42,060 bases of DNA from a virus, in the UHGV virus genome UHGV-0384735; one strand, written 5' to 3'. The notes under the pieces were generated by a model that ran no database searches, was not told the origin of the DNA, and worked only from the letters and a program-made list of their open reading frames with translations. Shown piece after piece: positions 34,066 to 42,060 of this stretch. Each line of letters begins with the position of its first letter. Positions within the stretch are counted from its first letter, which is position 1. Position numbers and translations under genes: made by a program.

Positions 34066-36123
34066 ATGTTAGATTTCCTGGGCGTCACGGAACATTTTTC
34101 CTGCATGGAGAATACTCCGTTTTCCTTCCCTGCCCTGTTTCGGGATATGGCAGGGGAAGCCGTTTCTCTGGACGGCGTGATTTTTTCAGGGAGCATTGTA
34201 TCCGCCAATCAGGAGATGGTAGAGATTTCCATTGAGAAGGGGGAGTCTTCTAATGAGGTGATTTTTTCATTCCCCGCCTTGCCAGAAGGAAGATGGTCTT
34301 ACAATGTCCTGGTTCAGGCAGATGATGGTTCCCAAAGAATTTTGTTTTCCGGGTATATTTCCGTACTCGGTGTTTCTCGTGTCGCACAGTTGGCAGGCGG
34401 TCCGCCAATGAAGAACCGGACGCTGCTTGTCGCTATGCCTGGGGAAGCGACAATGCGTCTCCGTATGGAGTGGATGGCTACTACTGCTGCACAGGCTTTT
34501 GCCTATCATGCGCTCCAGGCTTCCAAGAATGCTCATGCGGACGCAGAAACGGCGAGCCAGGCGGCCAAGACGGCAACGGACGCGGTAGCCACCGCTGCAG
34601 GACGGGCCGAAGAGGCGGAAGGCTATGCAGGGTCTGCCTGGGCCTCCAAAAATGCTGCCGCCGATTCTGCAGCCGCAGCCGACACATCCGCAACCAACGC
34701 GGACCGTGACGCCAAGAGTGCCCATGACGCTAAAACGGCTGTGGAGTCGCTGGCCGCCACCTGGCCGGAAACGGTCAGCAACGGGGAGAAGAAGATTGTT
34801 GATGCCGGGAATGAGGCTGTTACTGCCATACAGGACAAGCAAGCCGATTCTGTTCTTGCCGTGGGACGTGCCTCACAGACCGCGCAGCAGAATATAGCCG
34901 GCGCACGAACGGATGCCGTTGCCGCCGTGCAAACGGCGCAGGAGAGAGCGGTGGGGGCGATTACGCCCCTTGTCCAGCGCGCCGAAACCGCTAAAGAGGC
35001 TATAGATCAGGCGGAGGGACGCATCAATACGGCCGCGACTAATGCCGCGACATCCGCCACGGAGTCGGCTAACTCCGCGACGGCGGCCCAGCAGGCTCTG
35101 GCGGCCATACCTCAAGTAGATGATGCAGGCAACATGACGATTCCCGGAGGTCTGACGGCGGCGGGGACCGTCAACGCCAACGGCGGCGTCAACATCCCTC
35201 TTGCCGTGGGGGCACCGACCGATACGTCAGCGGTCAACTGTCTTTATGCTATGGGTCTGGCAGGAGCCGTACAGGCGTTGATTCAGCCAATATACCTTAA
35301 TTCCAGTTCGATCACAGTCGCGGGTTCCATTTCTAAATCTTCCAACGGTACTCTTGCCGGGTTGACGCAGCGTTTTTCGGTGGGCGCAGCTTCTGCCGGG
35401 TCCAATGCGTACGGGTCAGCGGTTATTCCCCTGATAGGGCCTAACGGTCAATTTAATTACAGTTCCGTGTGCGGATTTTCCCTTGCGGTCAACGCGACAG
35501 CCTTCGCTAAATTTACTTTTGGCATAGGCCGCGGCTCAAAAACCAACAGAACCGGGTTGACGATGGATTCTTATTCTATGATTCCGGGGAACGAGCTGGC
35601 CGTCAACCATGGGGAAATCATCGATGTTACCATCAATACGCCTTACGATACTGTCCGCAAGGGGTATGAAATCAGAGTAAGGGAAATCTTTTATGTATCG
35701 TCCGTTGGACACTGGCAGGTGAAGACGACAACCGTATTTCTTCCGGTAGGCCATAATGAGCTGATGCCAAACGGGCTGAACAGGCTTATTTACATGCAGA
35801 GCGGGCAGCCGAGTACAGCAGTGCGGGAGGAAAAGGCGGCTCTTTATATGGAGCTGGGAGGCGGCAGTACCAATACCCTGTTCAAGATAGCTTCTCTCCG
35901 CGGCTTCATCGCTTTCGAGGCAGGAACAGGCGTAAGCGCCCTGATTATCGACGCGCGCAATGAGAAAACATATGCCCTTTCAGCCGACGCGGGCACAGGC
36001 ACCAGGCACCTTTATGCCAATGGATTGACCAATCCAACCTATCACGCATTGGAAGCAATGGCCGTCAATGCTATTGAAGCCGAAGAAACGGCAGATTTTG
36101 TGGACATTAACATACCTCTCTAA
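34066..36123 (+). CDS. Tail fibre protein (Ala-rich coiled-coil shaft plus C-terminal receptor-binding region)
   Basis: 685 aa. It has a long A/T/Q-rich heptad-like region (AAQAFAYHALQASKNAHADAETASQAAKTATDAV...) typical of phage fibre shafts. Confidence 0.6.
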   Translation: MLDFLGVTEHFSCMENTPFSFPALFRDMAGEAVSLDGVIFSGSIVSANQEMVEISIEKGESSNEVIFSFPALPEGRWSYNVLVQADDGSQRILFSGYISVLGVSRVAQLAGGPPMKNRTLLVAMPGEATMRLRMEWMATTAAQAFAYHALQASKNAHADAETASQAAKTATDAVATAAGRAEEAEGYAGSAWASKNAAADSAAAADTSATNADRDAKSAHDAKTAVESLAATWPETVSNGEKKIVDAGNEAVTAIQDKQADSVLAVGRASQTAQQNIAGARTDAVAAVQTAQERAVGAITPLVQRAETAKEAIDQAEGRINTAATNAATSATESANSATAAQQALAAIPQVDDAGNMTIPGGLTAAGTVNANGGVNIPLAVGAPTDTSAVNCLYAMGLAGAVQALIQPIYLNSSSITVAGSISKSSNGTLAGLTQRFSVGAASAGSNAYGSAVIPLIGPNGQFNYSSVCGFSLAVNATAFAKFTFGIGRGSKTNRTGLTMDSYSMIPGNELAVNHGEIIDVTINTPYDTVRKGYEIRVREIFYVSSVGHWQVKTTTVFLPVGHNELMPNGLNRLIYMQSGQPSTAVREEKAALYMELGGGSTNTLFKIASLRGFIAFEAGTGVSALIIDARNEKTYALSADAGTGTRHLYANGLTNPTYHALEAMAVNAIEAEETADFVDINIPL

Positions 36124-36125
36124 TC

Positions 36126-36530
36126 ATGAATAATGCAGAGATACAGATTCAGTTTCCCCAGCCGGGACAGTGGGATGAATTTACCCTGACGCCCATTTAT
36201 CAGGACGCGGACGGTTACACCCGGACAGACCGCTACACAGCGGACGAAATTCCGGCGAACCAGACCCCGGCCATGGCCGCCGTCGTTGCCGCTCTGGTGG
36301 AACTGGGCGAGGACTGGCAAGCCGTCCAGGTATGGGCAAGGCTGGGAAAAGATGTCCTGACCCTTGCGGAGGATGGTGCCTATACAATGATTGATGCGGT
36401 GTCTTTGACCGTTGAGGCCGTCCATGCGGAGACCAAAGGCCGCAGGATTTTTACAGTCTCGGACTACCCGGCTTTTATCATCACGGACCCCGCCGCCGTG
36501 GAGTTTTTCAAGCATTTCACTACTAAATAA
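36126..36530 (+). CDS. Hypothetical protein. Possible tail-fibre assembly or chaperone by position.
   Basis: 134-aa ORF 3 nt after the tail-fibre stop. Confidence 0.3.
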   Translation: MNNAEIQIQFPQPGQWDEFTLTPIYQDADGYTRTDRYTADEIPANQTPAMAAVVAALVELGEDWQAVQVWARLGKDVLTLAEDGAYTMIDAVSLTVEAVHAETKGRRIFTVSDYPAFIITDPAAVEFFKHFTTK

Positions 36531-36531
36531 T

Positions 36532-36822
36532 ATGAGCACGAATAAAGAAAAAGTGAGTTGGCTGACTGGTCTCCTGACCGGTTGGGGTATCAAAGAGAGT
36601 TGGGCAAAAGTCATCGCCGGAGCTGTGATTGGGGCCCTGGTTGCTGCGGGGATTCTGACGCAACCCGGCTGCGGCCATTCCGTGGACGTGACGCCGGAAA
36701 AGACGGTGGTATGCAAAGACGGCTCCTGCCTGGTGCTGGAACCGGGGCATATTTCCTATTCCCAGGCCCAGCCTGTTACGGACGTTCCGCCCGTTGTTCA
36801 GATCGTACCTTCCAAGAAATAA
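36532..36822 (+). CDS. Small membrane protein of the lysis cassette (holin-like, one TM)
   Basis: MSTNKEKVSWLTGLLTGWGIKESWAKVIAGAVIGALVAAGILTQPGCGHS..., 96 aa, upstream of the endolysin. Confidence 0.35.
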   Translation: MSTNKEKVSWLTGLLTGWGIKESWAKVIAGAVIGALVAAGILTQPGCGHSVDVTPEKTVVCKDGSCLVLEPGHISYSQAQPVTDVPPVVQIVPSKK

Positions 36823-36826
36823 GGCC

Positions 36827-37054
36827 ATGTGCAAACCCCTCAAGGAATATCTGGGAGTGATCCGCGATTATACGCGTGAGATCGTCACTTTCGGCGGTTT
36901 TGTGATAGCCGTGTTCATCTACCTGGATTTCCGCGAGGTGGTGAAGGAACAGGCTGCCAACGCGGCCCATACGGCGGAGATCCTGCGGACGATGGATACC
37001 CGTCTCCAGCATTTGGAGAATTACCACCAGCAACAGCTTAAACAGCGAGATTAA
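36827..37054 (+). CDS. TM plus coiled-coil protein (i-spanin-like or antiholin-like)
   Basis: 76 aa from the ATG at 36827. TM segment IVTFGGFVIAVFIYL, then a coiled-coil C-terminus (RLQHLENYHQQQLKQRD). Confidence 0.35.
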   Translation: MCKPLKEYLGVIRDYTREIVTFGGFVIAVFIYLDFREVVKEQAANAAHTAEILRTMDTRLQHLENYHQQQLKQRD

Positions 37055-37112
37055 TTCCAACTGTAAAGTTTTTCTTACAAGTTCCCTTTAGTTAATAATC
37101 AATAGTTTCCGC

Positions 37113-37301
37113 ATGCCTACCCTGTACATACTCATTGTGGACGAACCCGGAAAGGAGCAGTGGATGAAAATTTTTCTTACCGAAAGAGACGCCGCTTTTT
37201 TCCTGGCTCAATTCAATGAGTGGCATTTGCATGCCAAGTGTCATTGCTACACCGTGGAAGGCAAGCGGCTTGTGCAACTTATCGACAATCTGAACGAATG
37301 A
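37113..37301 (+). CDS. Hypothetical 62-aa protein
   Basis: ORF whose stop overlaps the endolysin start (ATGA at 37298). Confidence 0.3.
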   Translation: MPTLYILIVDEPGKEQWMKIFLTERDAAFFLAQFNEWHLHAKCHCYTVEGKRLVQLIDNLNE

Positions 37302-37879
37302 ATCCTACAGAAAGAAAGATGGCCGCAGCCATCCTCCGCTTTGAAGACAGCCGCGTTACCGGGCCGGATTCCCTGCGCGTTTCCCGCCTTCCTGCCGCCG
37401 ACAAGGGCGGCAAGTGGGAGATTTGCGGCATTTGCGACGGTATTGAACCGGCCGTGTTTAACAGATTGAAGGCCCTGCTGGATGCCGGAAGGCGTGAAGA
37501 GGCCTGGGAAGGTTGTCTCCAGTATGTCCTGGATAATACCGCCGCCGTGCGCTCCTGGCTGGGTTCCGACGCTTTTCCGGCCACGGAGTTTATGTTGCGG
37601 GACCATTTTTTCAATTCCGGGAGCAGGAATACCGGGAAGATCCTACAACGTGCATTGAACATCCACGGCGCCGGGCTTGTGGTGGACGGGATTGTCGGCC
37701 CCAGGACCCGGCAGGAACTACAGGACCAGCTGGCCGCCACGGGTGAAGCGGTGTTCCTTATCGCCCTGCAGGAGAAGCGTCAGGCGTTTTACCGCTCATG
37801 CAAGCAGTTTTCCGTGTTCGGGAAGGGTTGGCTGAACCGCTGCGACGATGCGTTCAGCGTGGCGCAGAAGCTTGTTTAG
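37298..37879 (+). CDS. Endolysin: GH108-like lysozyme domain plus a peptidoglycan-binding (PG_binding_3-like) domain
   Basis: AAILRFEDSRVTGPDS...DKGGKWEICGI is comparable to the GH108 ILxxEGGyxxDPxDxGGxTxyGI region. The C-terminus LQRALNIHGAGLVVDGIVGPRTRQEL...GWLNRCDD matches a peptidoglycan-binding repeat. Confidence 0.65.
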   Translation: MNPTERKMAAAILRFEDSRVTGPDSLRVSRLPAADKGGKWEICGICDGIEPAVFNRLKALLDAGRREEAWEGCLQYVLDNTAAVRSWLGSDAFPATEFMLRDHFFNSGSRNTGKILQRALNIHGAGLVVDGIVGPRTRQELQDQLAATGEAVFLIALQEKRQAFYRSCKQFSVFGKGWLNRCDDAFSVAQKLV

Positions 37880-37898
37880 TTGTTTTCCATTAGTTGTT

Positions 37899-38189
37899 AT
37901 GAGTTCAAATCCATTAAAAGCTGTCGGAGGGGCCCTGGCAAATATCGCCACGTTCGGGGGATATGGAGCCAATAAGGCGGCCAAGAAGCAGGCAAGCGCC
38001 GCCAACGCTATGGCCGATGCCATGGCGAATGCCCCGGAGCAGAAGGTTATTACTACGGAAACCAAGGATGTTTCCCAAGCGGAGGATGCGGTGAATTCGT
38101 CTGCCCGCCGCCGCTTGAAGCTTAGTAATACGACGAACCGGAGTAATCCTCTTTCTTCCCTGGCTGGCCTGAGGAAGACGCTGGGTTGA
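37899..38189 (+). CDS. Hypothetical Ala/Lys-rich small protein (96 aa)
   Basis: ORF from the ATG at 37899, between the endolysin and the portal. Confidence 0.3.
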   Translation: MSSNPLKAVGGALANIATFGGYGANKAAKKQASAANAMADAMANAPEQKVITTETKDVSQAEDAVNSSARRRLKLSNTTNRSNPLSSLAGLRKTLG

Positions 38190-38207
38190 TTTTTACACAG
38201 GAGATTC

Positions 38208-39875
38208 ATGGAAAATGTTAAAGATTTATTGAGGACGGCAGACGCCCTGTTCACGGAGATGAATAAGAATTCCGGGGATTGGGATGAGTTGCGCCGTCGC
38301 ATCATGCCGAGAATGGAGGGGAAGGCCCGCCAGCAGGAACAGGCTAATGAGATGACGGCTGCGTCCAGTTTTTCTCCGGTGGCGCATAAGTCCCTTTTGA
38401 ATTTGGCGTCCGCTCATCTTCTTTTTATTACTCCCATGGATCAGAAGTGGTTTTCCCTGCGGCCACAGGAGGAAAGGGATGATTACACCGATGAGGATGA
38501 TTGGTACAGCAAAGCGACGGAGGCCGTCTACCGTGCACTGGCGGATTCCAATTTCTATGCGGCGGCCCACGAGGTTTACCTGGACCGTTGCCTGACGGGT
38601 ACAGGCTGCATGTTTGCAGATGTTTCCCGTGACGGGTCACTGGTGTTCAAACACGTCCCTACCGGGACTTATGCGATTGCCGAGGGAGCCCACGGGGAGG
38701 TGAATACGCTGGTGCGGACGTTGAAGTTTACTGCCCAGCAGGCCGTGGAGATGTTTAAGCTGGGTAATCTGCCTGTCAAGATTCAGGAGGCGTATAAGAA
38801 TGCGGAGAGGCGGTACACCGAGATGTTTGAGTTTGTTCACCTTGTACTGCCCAACAGCCGGTCGCAGTTCGGTTCCGACATGGTAAGGCCTGGCCGCCGC
38901 AAGTGGTTGGACGTGTATATTGCCAAGGAGGCGGAGAAGATTGTTTTCCACGGCGGCTTTTACGAGTTTCCTTTTCTGGTGACGCGCTTTTTGAAGGGCG
39001 GCGTTTCTTCTTACGGCGAGGCTCCGGGCAAGGCTGTGCTGCCGGAGATCAAGGCTACCCTGCTGATGGATCGGGTGATGGATGTGGCCGGCAGCCGGGC
39101 GGCCATTCCCAGCGTTATCGTGTCGGCTAAGATGGCAAAGGAGGTTGATTTGCGGGCCGGAGGCAAGACGGTTGTTCCGGATGAGCTTATTGGTTCACAG
39201 TTACCGAGAGAATGGGCGAACGTGGGGGATGTGAGGTTTATGCTGGAGCGGCAAGATAAGAAGGAGAAGTTGATCAGGGAGGCGTTTTTCAATGATATTC
39301 TCCAGGTGGTTTCAAGCGTGGACCGCGAGATGACGGCTACGGAGGTGAATGCCCGCGAGTCGGAACGCATTATTTGCTTTTTTTCTTCTTTTATTCAGTT
39401 TTCGCAGGATTTTCAGACGATGATGAATCGCATTGTCTGCCTGATGTTCCGCAATACGCAGGGGGCCGTGCTTCCGGGCGACGCGCCCGATGAGTTTTTT
39501 GTCCGTTCCGCCGATGGGGGGAAGTTTGAGTTGCGGACTCCCCGCACCCGTTATCTGGGCAAGATTGCCCAGGCATTTGACCGTTTGCAGAGGTACGGCC
39601 TTGAGGGGGTGTTGAATGGGTTGGCGAAGTATATCCAGGTTTCGGGCGATACCCGCATTGCCAAGCGCATGAAGGCATGGGAGGTGTTGCGGTTTATGTG
39701 GGACAGTTCCGGCGCCCCGTCCAAGTGCATTGTGTCCGCGTCCGAGAATAGCAAGATGGTTGAGGAGGAGAAGGCGCAGGAGGATCAGATGCGTCAGGCC
39801 GCCCTTGCGGAGCAATTGGCCAGAGCCGGCAAGGATAGCGCCGCGGCGTCCGCACAGTTTAATACGGATTCATGA
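38208..39875 (+). CDS. Portal / head-to-tail connector protein (T7 gp8-like)
   Basis: 555 aa, the same size as gp8. EIKATLLMDRVMDVAGSRAAIPSVIVSAKMAKEVDLRAGG...DREMTATEVNARESE parallels gp8 (...SMISSKVIGLVNPAGITQP...GERVTAEEIRYVASE). Acidic/Ala-rich C-terminal tail. AGGAG RBS. Confidence 0.65.
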   Translation: MENVKDLLRTADALFTEMNKNSGDWDELRRRIMPRMEGKARQQEQANEMTAASSFSPVAHKSLLNLASAHLLFITPMDQKWFSLRPQEERDDYTDEDDWYSKATEAVYRALADSNFYAAAHEVYLDRCLTGTGCMFADVSRDGSLVFKHVPTGTYAIAEGAHGEVNTLVRTLKFTAQQAVEMFKLGNLPVKIQEAYKNAERRYTEMFEFVHLVLPNSRSQFGSDMVRPGRRKWLDVYIAKEAEKIVFHGGFYEFPFLVTRFLKGGVSSYGEAPGKAVLPEIKATLLMDRVMDVAGSRAAIPSVIVSAKMAKEVDLRAGGKTVVPDELIGSQLPREWANVGDVRFMLERQDKKEKLIREAFFNDILQVVSSVDREMTATEVNARESERIICFFSSFIQFSQDFQTMMNRIVCLMFRNTQGAVLPGDAPDEFFVRSADGGKFELRTPRTRYLGKIAQAFDRLQRYGLEGVLNGLAKYIQVSGDTRIAKRMKAWEVLRFMWDSSGAPSKCIVSASENSKMVEEEKAQEDQMRQAALAEQLARAGKDSAAASAQFNTDS

Positions 39876-40132
39876 TGAATATGTTTGAAGATAAGCCGAC
39901 ACCGGAACAGGTTGAGTTTCTCAAGAGGCTCAACCGGAGGCGAGCCGCGCTGAAGGAGGCTTTTACTCCGGAGGTGCTGGATATTTTAGAGAAGGAGTTC
40001 CAGACGAATTTGCCCTGCTTTCAAGGGAAGGCTGGTTCCTACGACCCCCTTGACGCGATGCGCCGAGACGCCCAGCGGGAAATGCTCCTGTGGGTGAAAT
40101 ACGAGATCGAACAATATAACCCTGATTTATGA
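39872..40132 (+). CDS. Hypothetical 86-aa protein
   Basis: Translationally coupled (ATGA) between the portal and the scaffold-like gene. Confidence 0.35.
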   Translation: MMNMFEDKPTPEQVEFLKRLNRRRAALKEAFTPEVLDILEKEFQTNLPCFQGKAGSYDPLDAMRRDAQREMLLWVKYEIEQYNPDL

Positions 40133-40872
40133 TATACAATAGATTATTCCACAATAGGTTCCTGAGGGAAGAGGCCATTCCCGGCAGCGAAGGTGAAGGC
40201 CCCGGCGGCGGAGCGCCGCCCCCGGCAAGTCCCGTGGACAGTCCGCCTCCCGCGAATCCTCCAGTCCCGTCCAATCCCTACGATTTTTCAGGGGGTGCGG
40301 AACAGCCCGATCCGGATCCCGGCAGTCCTCCCCCGCTTTCTCCGCAGGAGGAGACCGAGTATGAGATTGATTTTGGAGAGGGGTTTGTGGAGAATGATGC
40401 CCTGCGAGATATGTTGAAGGGTCATGCCAGGGCGGCAGGGCTGCCGGCCGATGCCGCCGGGAAGTTTCTTTCCGAGGTGGCCGCCAGCATCCGCGCGGAC
40501 GAGGAGGCTGCTTTTAAGGAGGCTGACGAGGCGTTGAAGGACGAATGGGGAGCGGAGTATGAGACGAATGTTTCTGCCGCCAAGGCGTTTGCCCGGAAGC
40601 TTTCCGTGGAGTCCGGCGTTTCTATGGAGAAGATGGCTGTGTTTGCGAGTCCGGACGGGTTCCGCGTTCTGCACGCCATTTCCCGGCTGACAGGCGAGGG
40701 AGGCTTGAAGGGCGGCGGCCAGATTCCGGCGAAGACGGATCCTGCCGACGAGGCTCAAGCTATTTTGTCCGACCCCAATCACCGTTATTATAAGGCGATC
40801 GCCGATCCTTCGCATCCACAGTGGCGGGAGGCTACCGATTATTATAATAAGCTGGTGGGGATTTCCGGTTAG
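40129..40872 (+). CDS. Putative capsid assembly/scaffolding protein
   Basis: 247 aa, acidic, with a Pro-rich N-terminus and a helical C-terminus. It follows the portal as gp9 does in T7. Confidence 0.35.
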   Translation: MIYNRLFHNRFLREEAIPGSEGEGPGGGAPPPASPVDSPPPANPPVPSNPYDFSGGAEQPDPDPGSPPPLSPQEETEYEIDFGEGFVENDALRDMLKGHARAAGLPADAAGKFLSEVAASIRADEEAAFKEADEALKDEWGAEYETNVSAAKAFARKLSVESGVSMEKMAVFASPDGFRVLHAISRLTGEGGLKGGGQIPAKTDPADEAQAILSDPNHRYYKAIADPSHPQWREATDYYNKLVGISG

Positions 40873-40900
40873 TTTTTTTTGCGTTGACTATTGGTTCGGA

Positions 40901-40939
40901 GGGGTGTCCTGCTGTGCGGGGCACCCTTTCTTTTTTTTA
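40901..40939 (+). terminator. Probable rho-independent terminator
   Basis: GC hairpin (gggtg...caccc) followed by tttcttttttttat. Confidence 0.5.
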
Positions 40940-40944
40940 TTTGT

Positions 40945-40963
40945 TCAAGTTACGGTTGTATTC
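40945..40963 (+). promoter_or_regulatory. Conserved putative late-promoter motif, copy 3
   Basis: TCAAGTTACGGTTGTATTC 21 nt upstream of the tubular protein A ATG (40984), immediately after the terminator. Confidence 0.5.
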
Positions 40964-40983
40964 ATCAGGCCTGGGGATGTGGC

Positions 40984-41553
40984 ATGATGCCTCAAATGGA
41001 TAAGGTGACCGTTTTTAACCAGGCTTTGGCCCAGTTTGGGGACCGGGAGTATGTGAAGGGTTCCCCAGCCGGTCGCACCGTTGATTTGTGGTGGCCTACC
41101 GTGTTGCGGGAAGCGCTGTTGTTCGGGGCATGGACCTGGGCAACCAAACGTGTTGAGATGGATCGCTCCGTTATGAGGCATCCGATTCCGGATGATTGCC
41201 TGCGCGTGCTGTATGTGGGGGCGGATTTGTTCCGCATTGAGGGGCGTGATTTGGTGGTTGAGCGTTACGGAAAACGCGCCGCCGGGACCGATAAGCTGGT
41301 GGTGGATTATCTTTCCGACGAGGTGGCCCGTTCCGAAGTGCTGCCGGATCACAGTCCGTTTTTTATCAAGGGCGTTGTGTTTCTTCTGGCGGGCAGGTGC
41401 GCTTTGAAGCTGGCTTCTTCTCCCCAGCTTGCGGCCGCTTTGGAGGCACAGGGGGAGGCGTTTTTAAGCAAGGCCCTTTATTGGGACACCTGCCAGCATT
41501 CTTCCAACGACCAGGATCCTTTAACAGAGATTTTAAGCAGTTCCATTTTCTGA
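40984..41553 (+). CDS. Tail tubular protein A (T7 gp11-like)
   Basis: MMPQMDKVTVFNQALAQFGDREYVKGSPAGRTVDLWWPTVLREALLFGAWTW parallels the T7 gp11 N-terminus (VNDILASIGEPPVSTLEGD...RRILNKINRQIQSRGWTF). About 190 aa, the same size as gp11. Confidence 0.55.
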   Translation: MMPQMDKVTVFNQALAQFGDREYVKGSPAGRTVDLWWPTVLREALLFGAWTWATKRVEMDRSVMRHPIPDDCLRVLYVGADLFRIEGRDLVVERYGKRAAGTDKLVVDYLSDEVARSEVLPDHSPFFIKGVVFLLAGRCALKLASSPQLAAALEAQGEAFLSKALYWDTCQHSSNDQDPLTEILSSSIF

Positions 41554-41557
41554 TGTT

Positions 41558-42060
41558 ATGAGTTCCGATTTCGGGGTTTCCCAGCAGTATAAGTATCAGG
41601 GGCAGGCGGCTTTGAGCAACGGGCGCGCCACGCAGGCGGCTTATGAGAAGAAGGCCCGCGCCCTGGAGGCGGAGGCGGTTTCCGATTCCCACCTGGCCGC
41701 CCGCAATATGAAGCGGATGCGCCAGAATCAGAATGCCGCCATGGGGTCTGTACGGGCACAGCGCGGCGGATCCGGTTTTACTTCCGAGGGTTCCGGCAGC
41801 CAGGCGGAGGTGGCGGTGGCGGATGTGTGGGAGAGCGCCATTGGGGACGCGGCCCTTTCCAACGCTGTTTCCGATGCCAATAAGCGGTTTGCCGCGGAGT
41901 CCGCCCGATACCAGGGGGATCTGGCCATGATGGCGGCACGCAGCGAGGCGGACCAGTATAAGATGCTTTCACAGAATGCCCTTGGTTCTGCCATGATCCA
42001 GACGGCCCTGACGGTGGCGGGGGGTGTCATGGGGGCGGCAGGAATGTCCGGTGGCGGGTT
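41558..42060 (+). CDS. Internal virion/ejection protein, 5' part. The gene runs off the window end.
   Basis: ATG at 41558 (MSSDFGVSQQYKYQGQAALSNGRATQAAYEKKARALEAEAV...) with no stop before 42060. It is Gly/Ala-rich. It ends 2 nt into a codon, and with base 1 it joins frame 2 of the window start. Confidence 0.45.
   Translation, partial: MSSDFGVSQQYKYQGQAALSNGRATQAAYEKKARALEAEAVSDSHLAARNMKRMRQNQNAAMGSVRAQRGGSGFTSEGSGSQAEVAVADVWESAIGDAALSNAVSDANKRFAAESARYQGDLAMMAARSEADQYKMLSQNALGSAMIQTALTVAGGVMGAAGMSGGG

Larger units (their letters stand above)
1..42060. mobile_element. Temperate phage or prophage genome with a podovirus/T7-like structural module and a lambdoid lysogeny/recombination module. 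Probably complete and circularly permuted.
   Basis: Phage genes run wall-to-wall: portal, capsid, tubular proteins A and B, tail fibre, TerS/TerL, endolysin, integrase with an attP-like tRNA fragment, CI/Cro, RecT/exonuclease/RusA. Tight ATGA/TAATG translational coupling is seen throughout. The end-of-window ORF continues in frame into the start of the window. Confidence 0.8.

Noticed and set aside
36120-36716. 198-aa minus-strand ORF across the tail-fibre-chaperone and holin region. Similar antisense ORFs are at 39312-39815 and 40288-40815.
   Set aside because: They are antisense to tightly coupled plus-strand late genes in GC-rich DNA, with no supporting motifs.

Overview
The whole 42,060-bp window is phage DNA. 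It reads as a nearly complete temperate phage or prophage genome, about 57-60% GC, with three AT-rich cargo islands. The structural module is podovirus/T7-like. It includes a gp8-like portal, a scaffold-like protein, a gp10-like major capsid, gp11- and gp12-like tail tubular proteins, a tail fibre, internal virion proteins, a GH108 endolysin, and TerS/TerL. The control and recombination module is lambdoid: a CI (S24-peptidase) and Cro-like switch with palindromic operators, RecT, a PD-(D/E)xK exonuclease, RusA, and an orphan C5-cytosine methyltransferase. A tyrosine integrase sits next to an attP core that is a 47-nt tRNA 3' fragment flanked by arm-type direct repeats. The two window ends join in frame, so this is probably a circularly permuted, linearised genome with one gene split across the ends. 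Most interesting observations: (1) downstream of cI on the same strand lies a Gp37/Gp68 three-Cys-motif protein with its TcmP partner, followed by an orphan HicA toxin; this is a candidate undescribed lysogeny-expressed defence or modification system. (2) A 3222-aa polyvalent internal virion protein carries a ParB-like (S-G-R-H-R) module, a zincin HExxH module, FKRWFGDW and VVYHGSPH modules, and a C-terminal transmembrane region. (3) An AT-rich 2TM plus coiled-coil gene with its own sigma70 promoter sits between TerS and TerL. (4) A divergent secreted thermonuclease and YHYH protein share a C-terminal Cys module. (5) A conserved TCAAGT-N5-TTGTAT motif occurs four times upstream of structural genes, three of them right after terminator hairpins. 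No CRISPR array, no complete tRNA and no rRNA were found.
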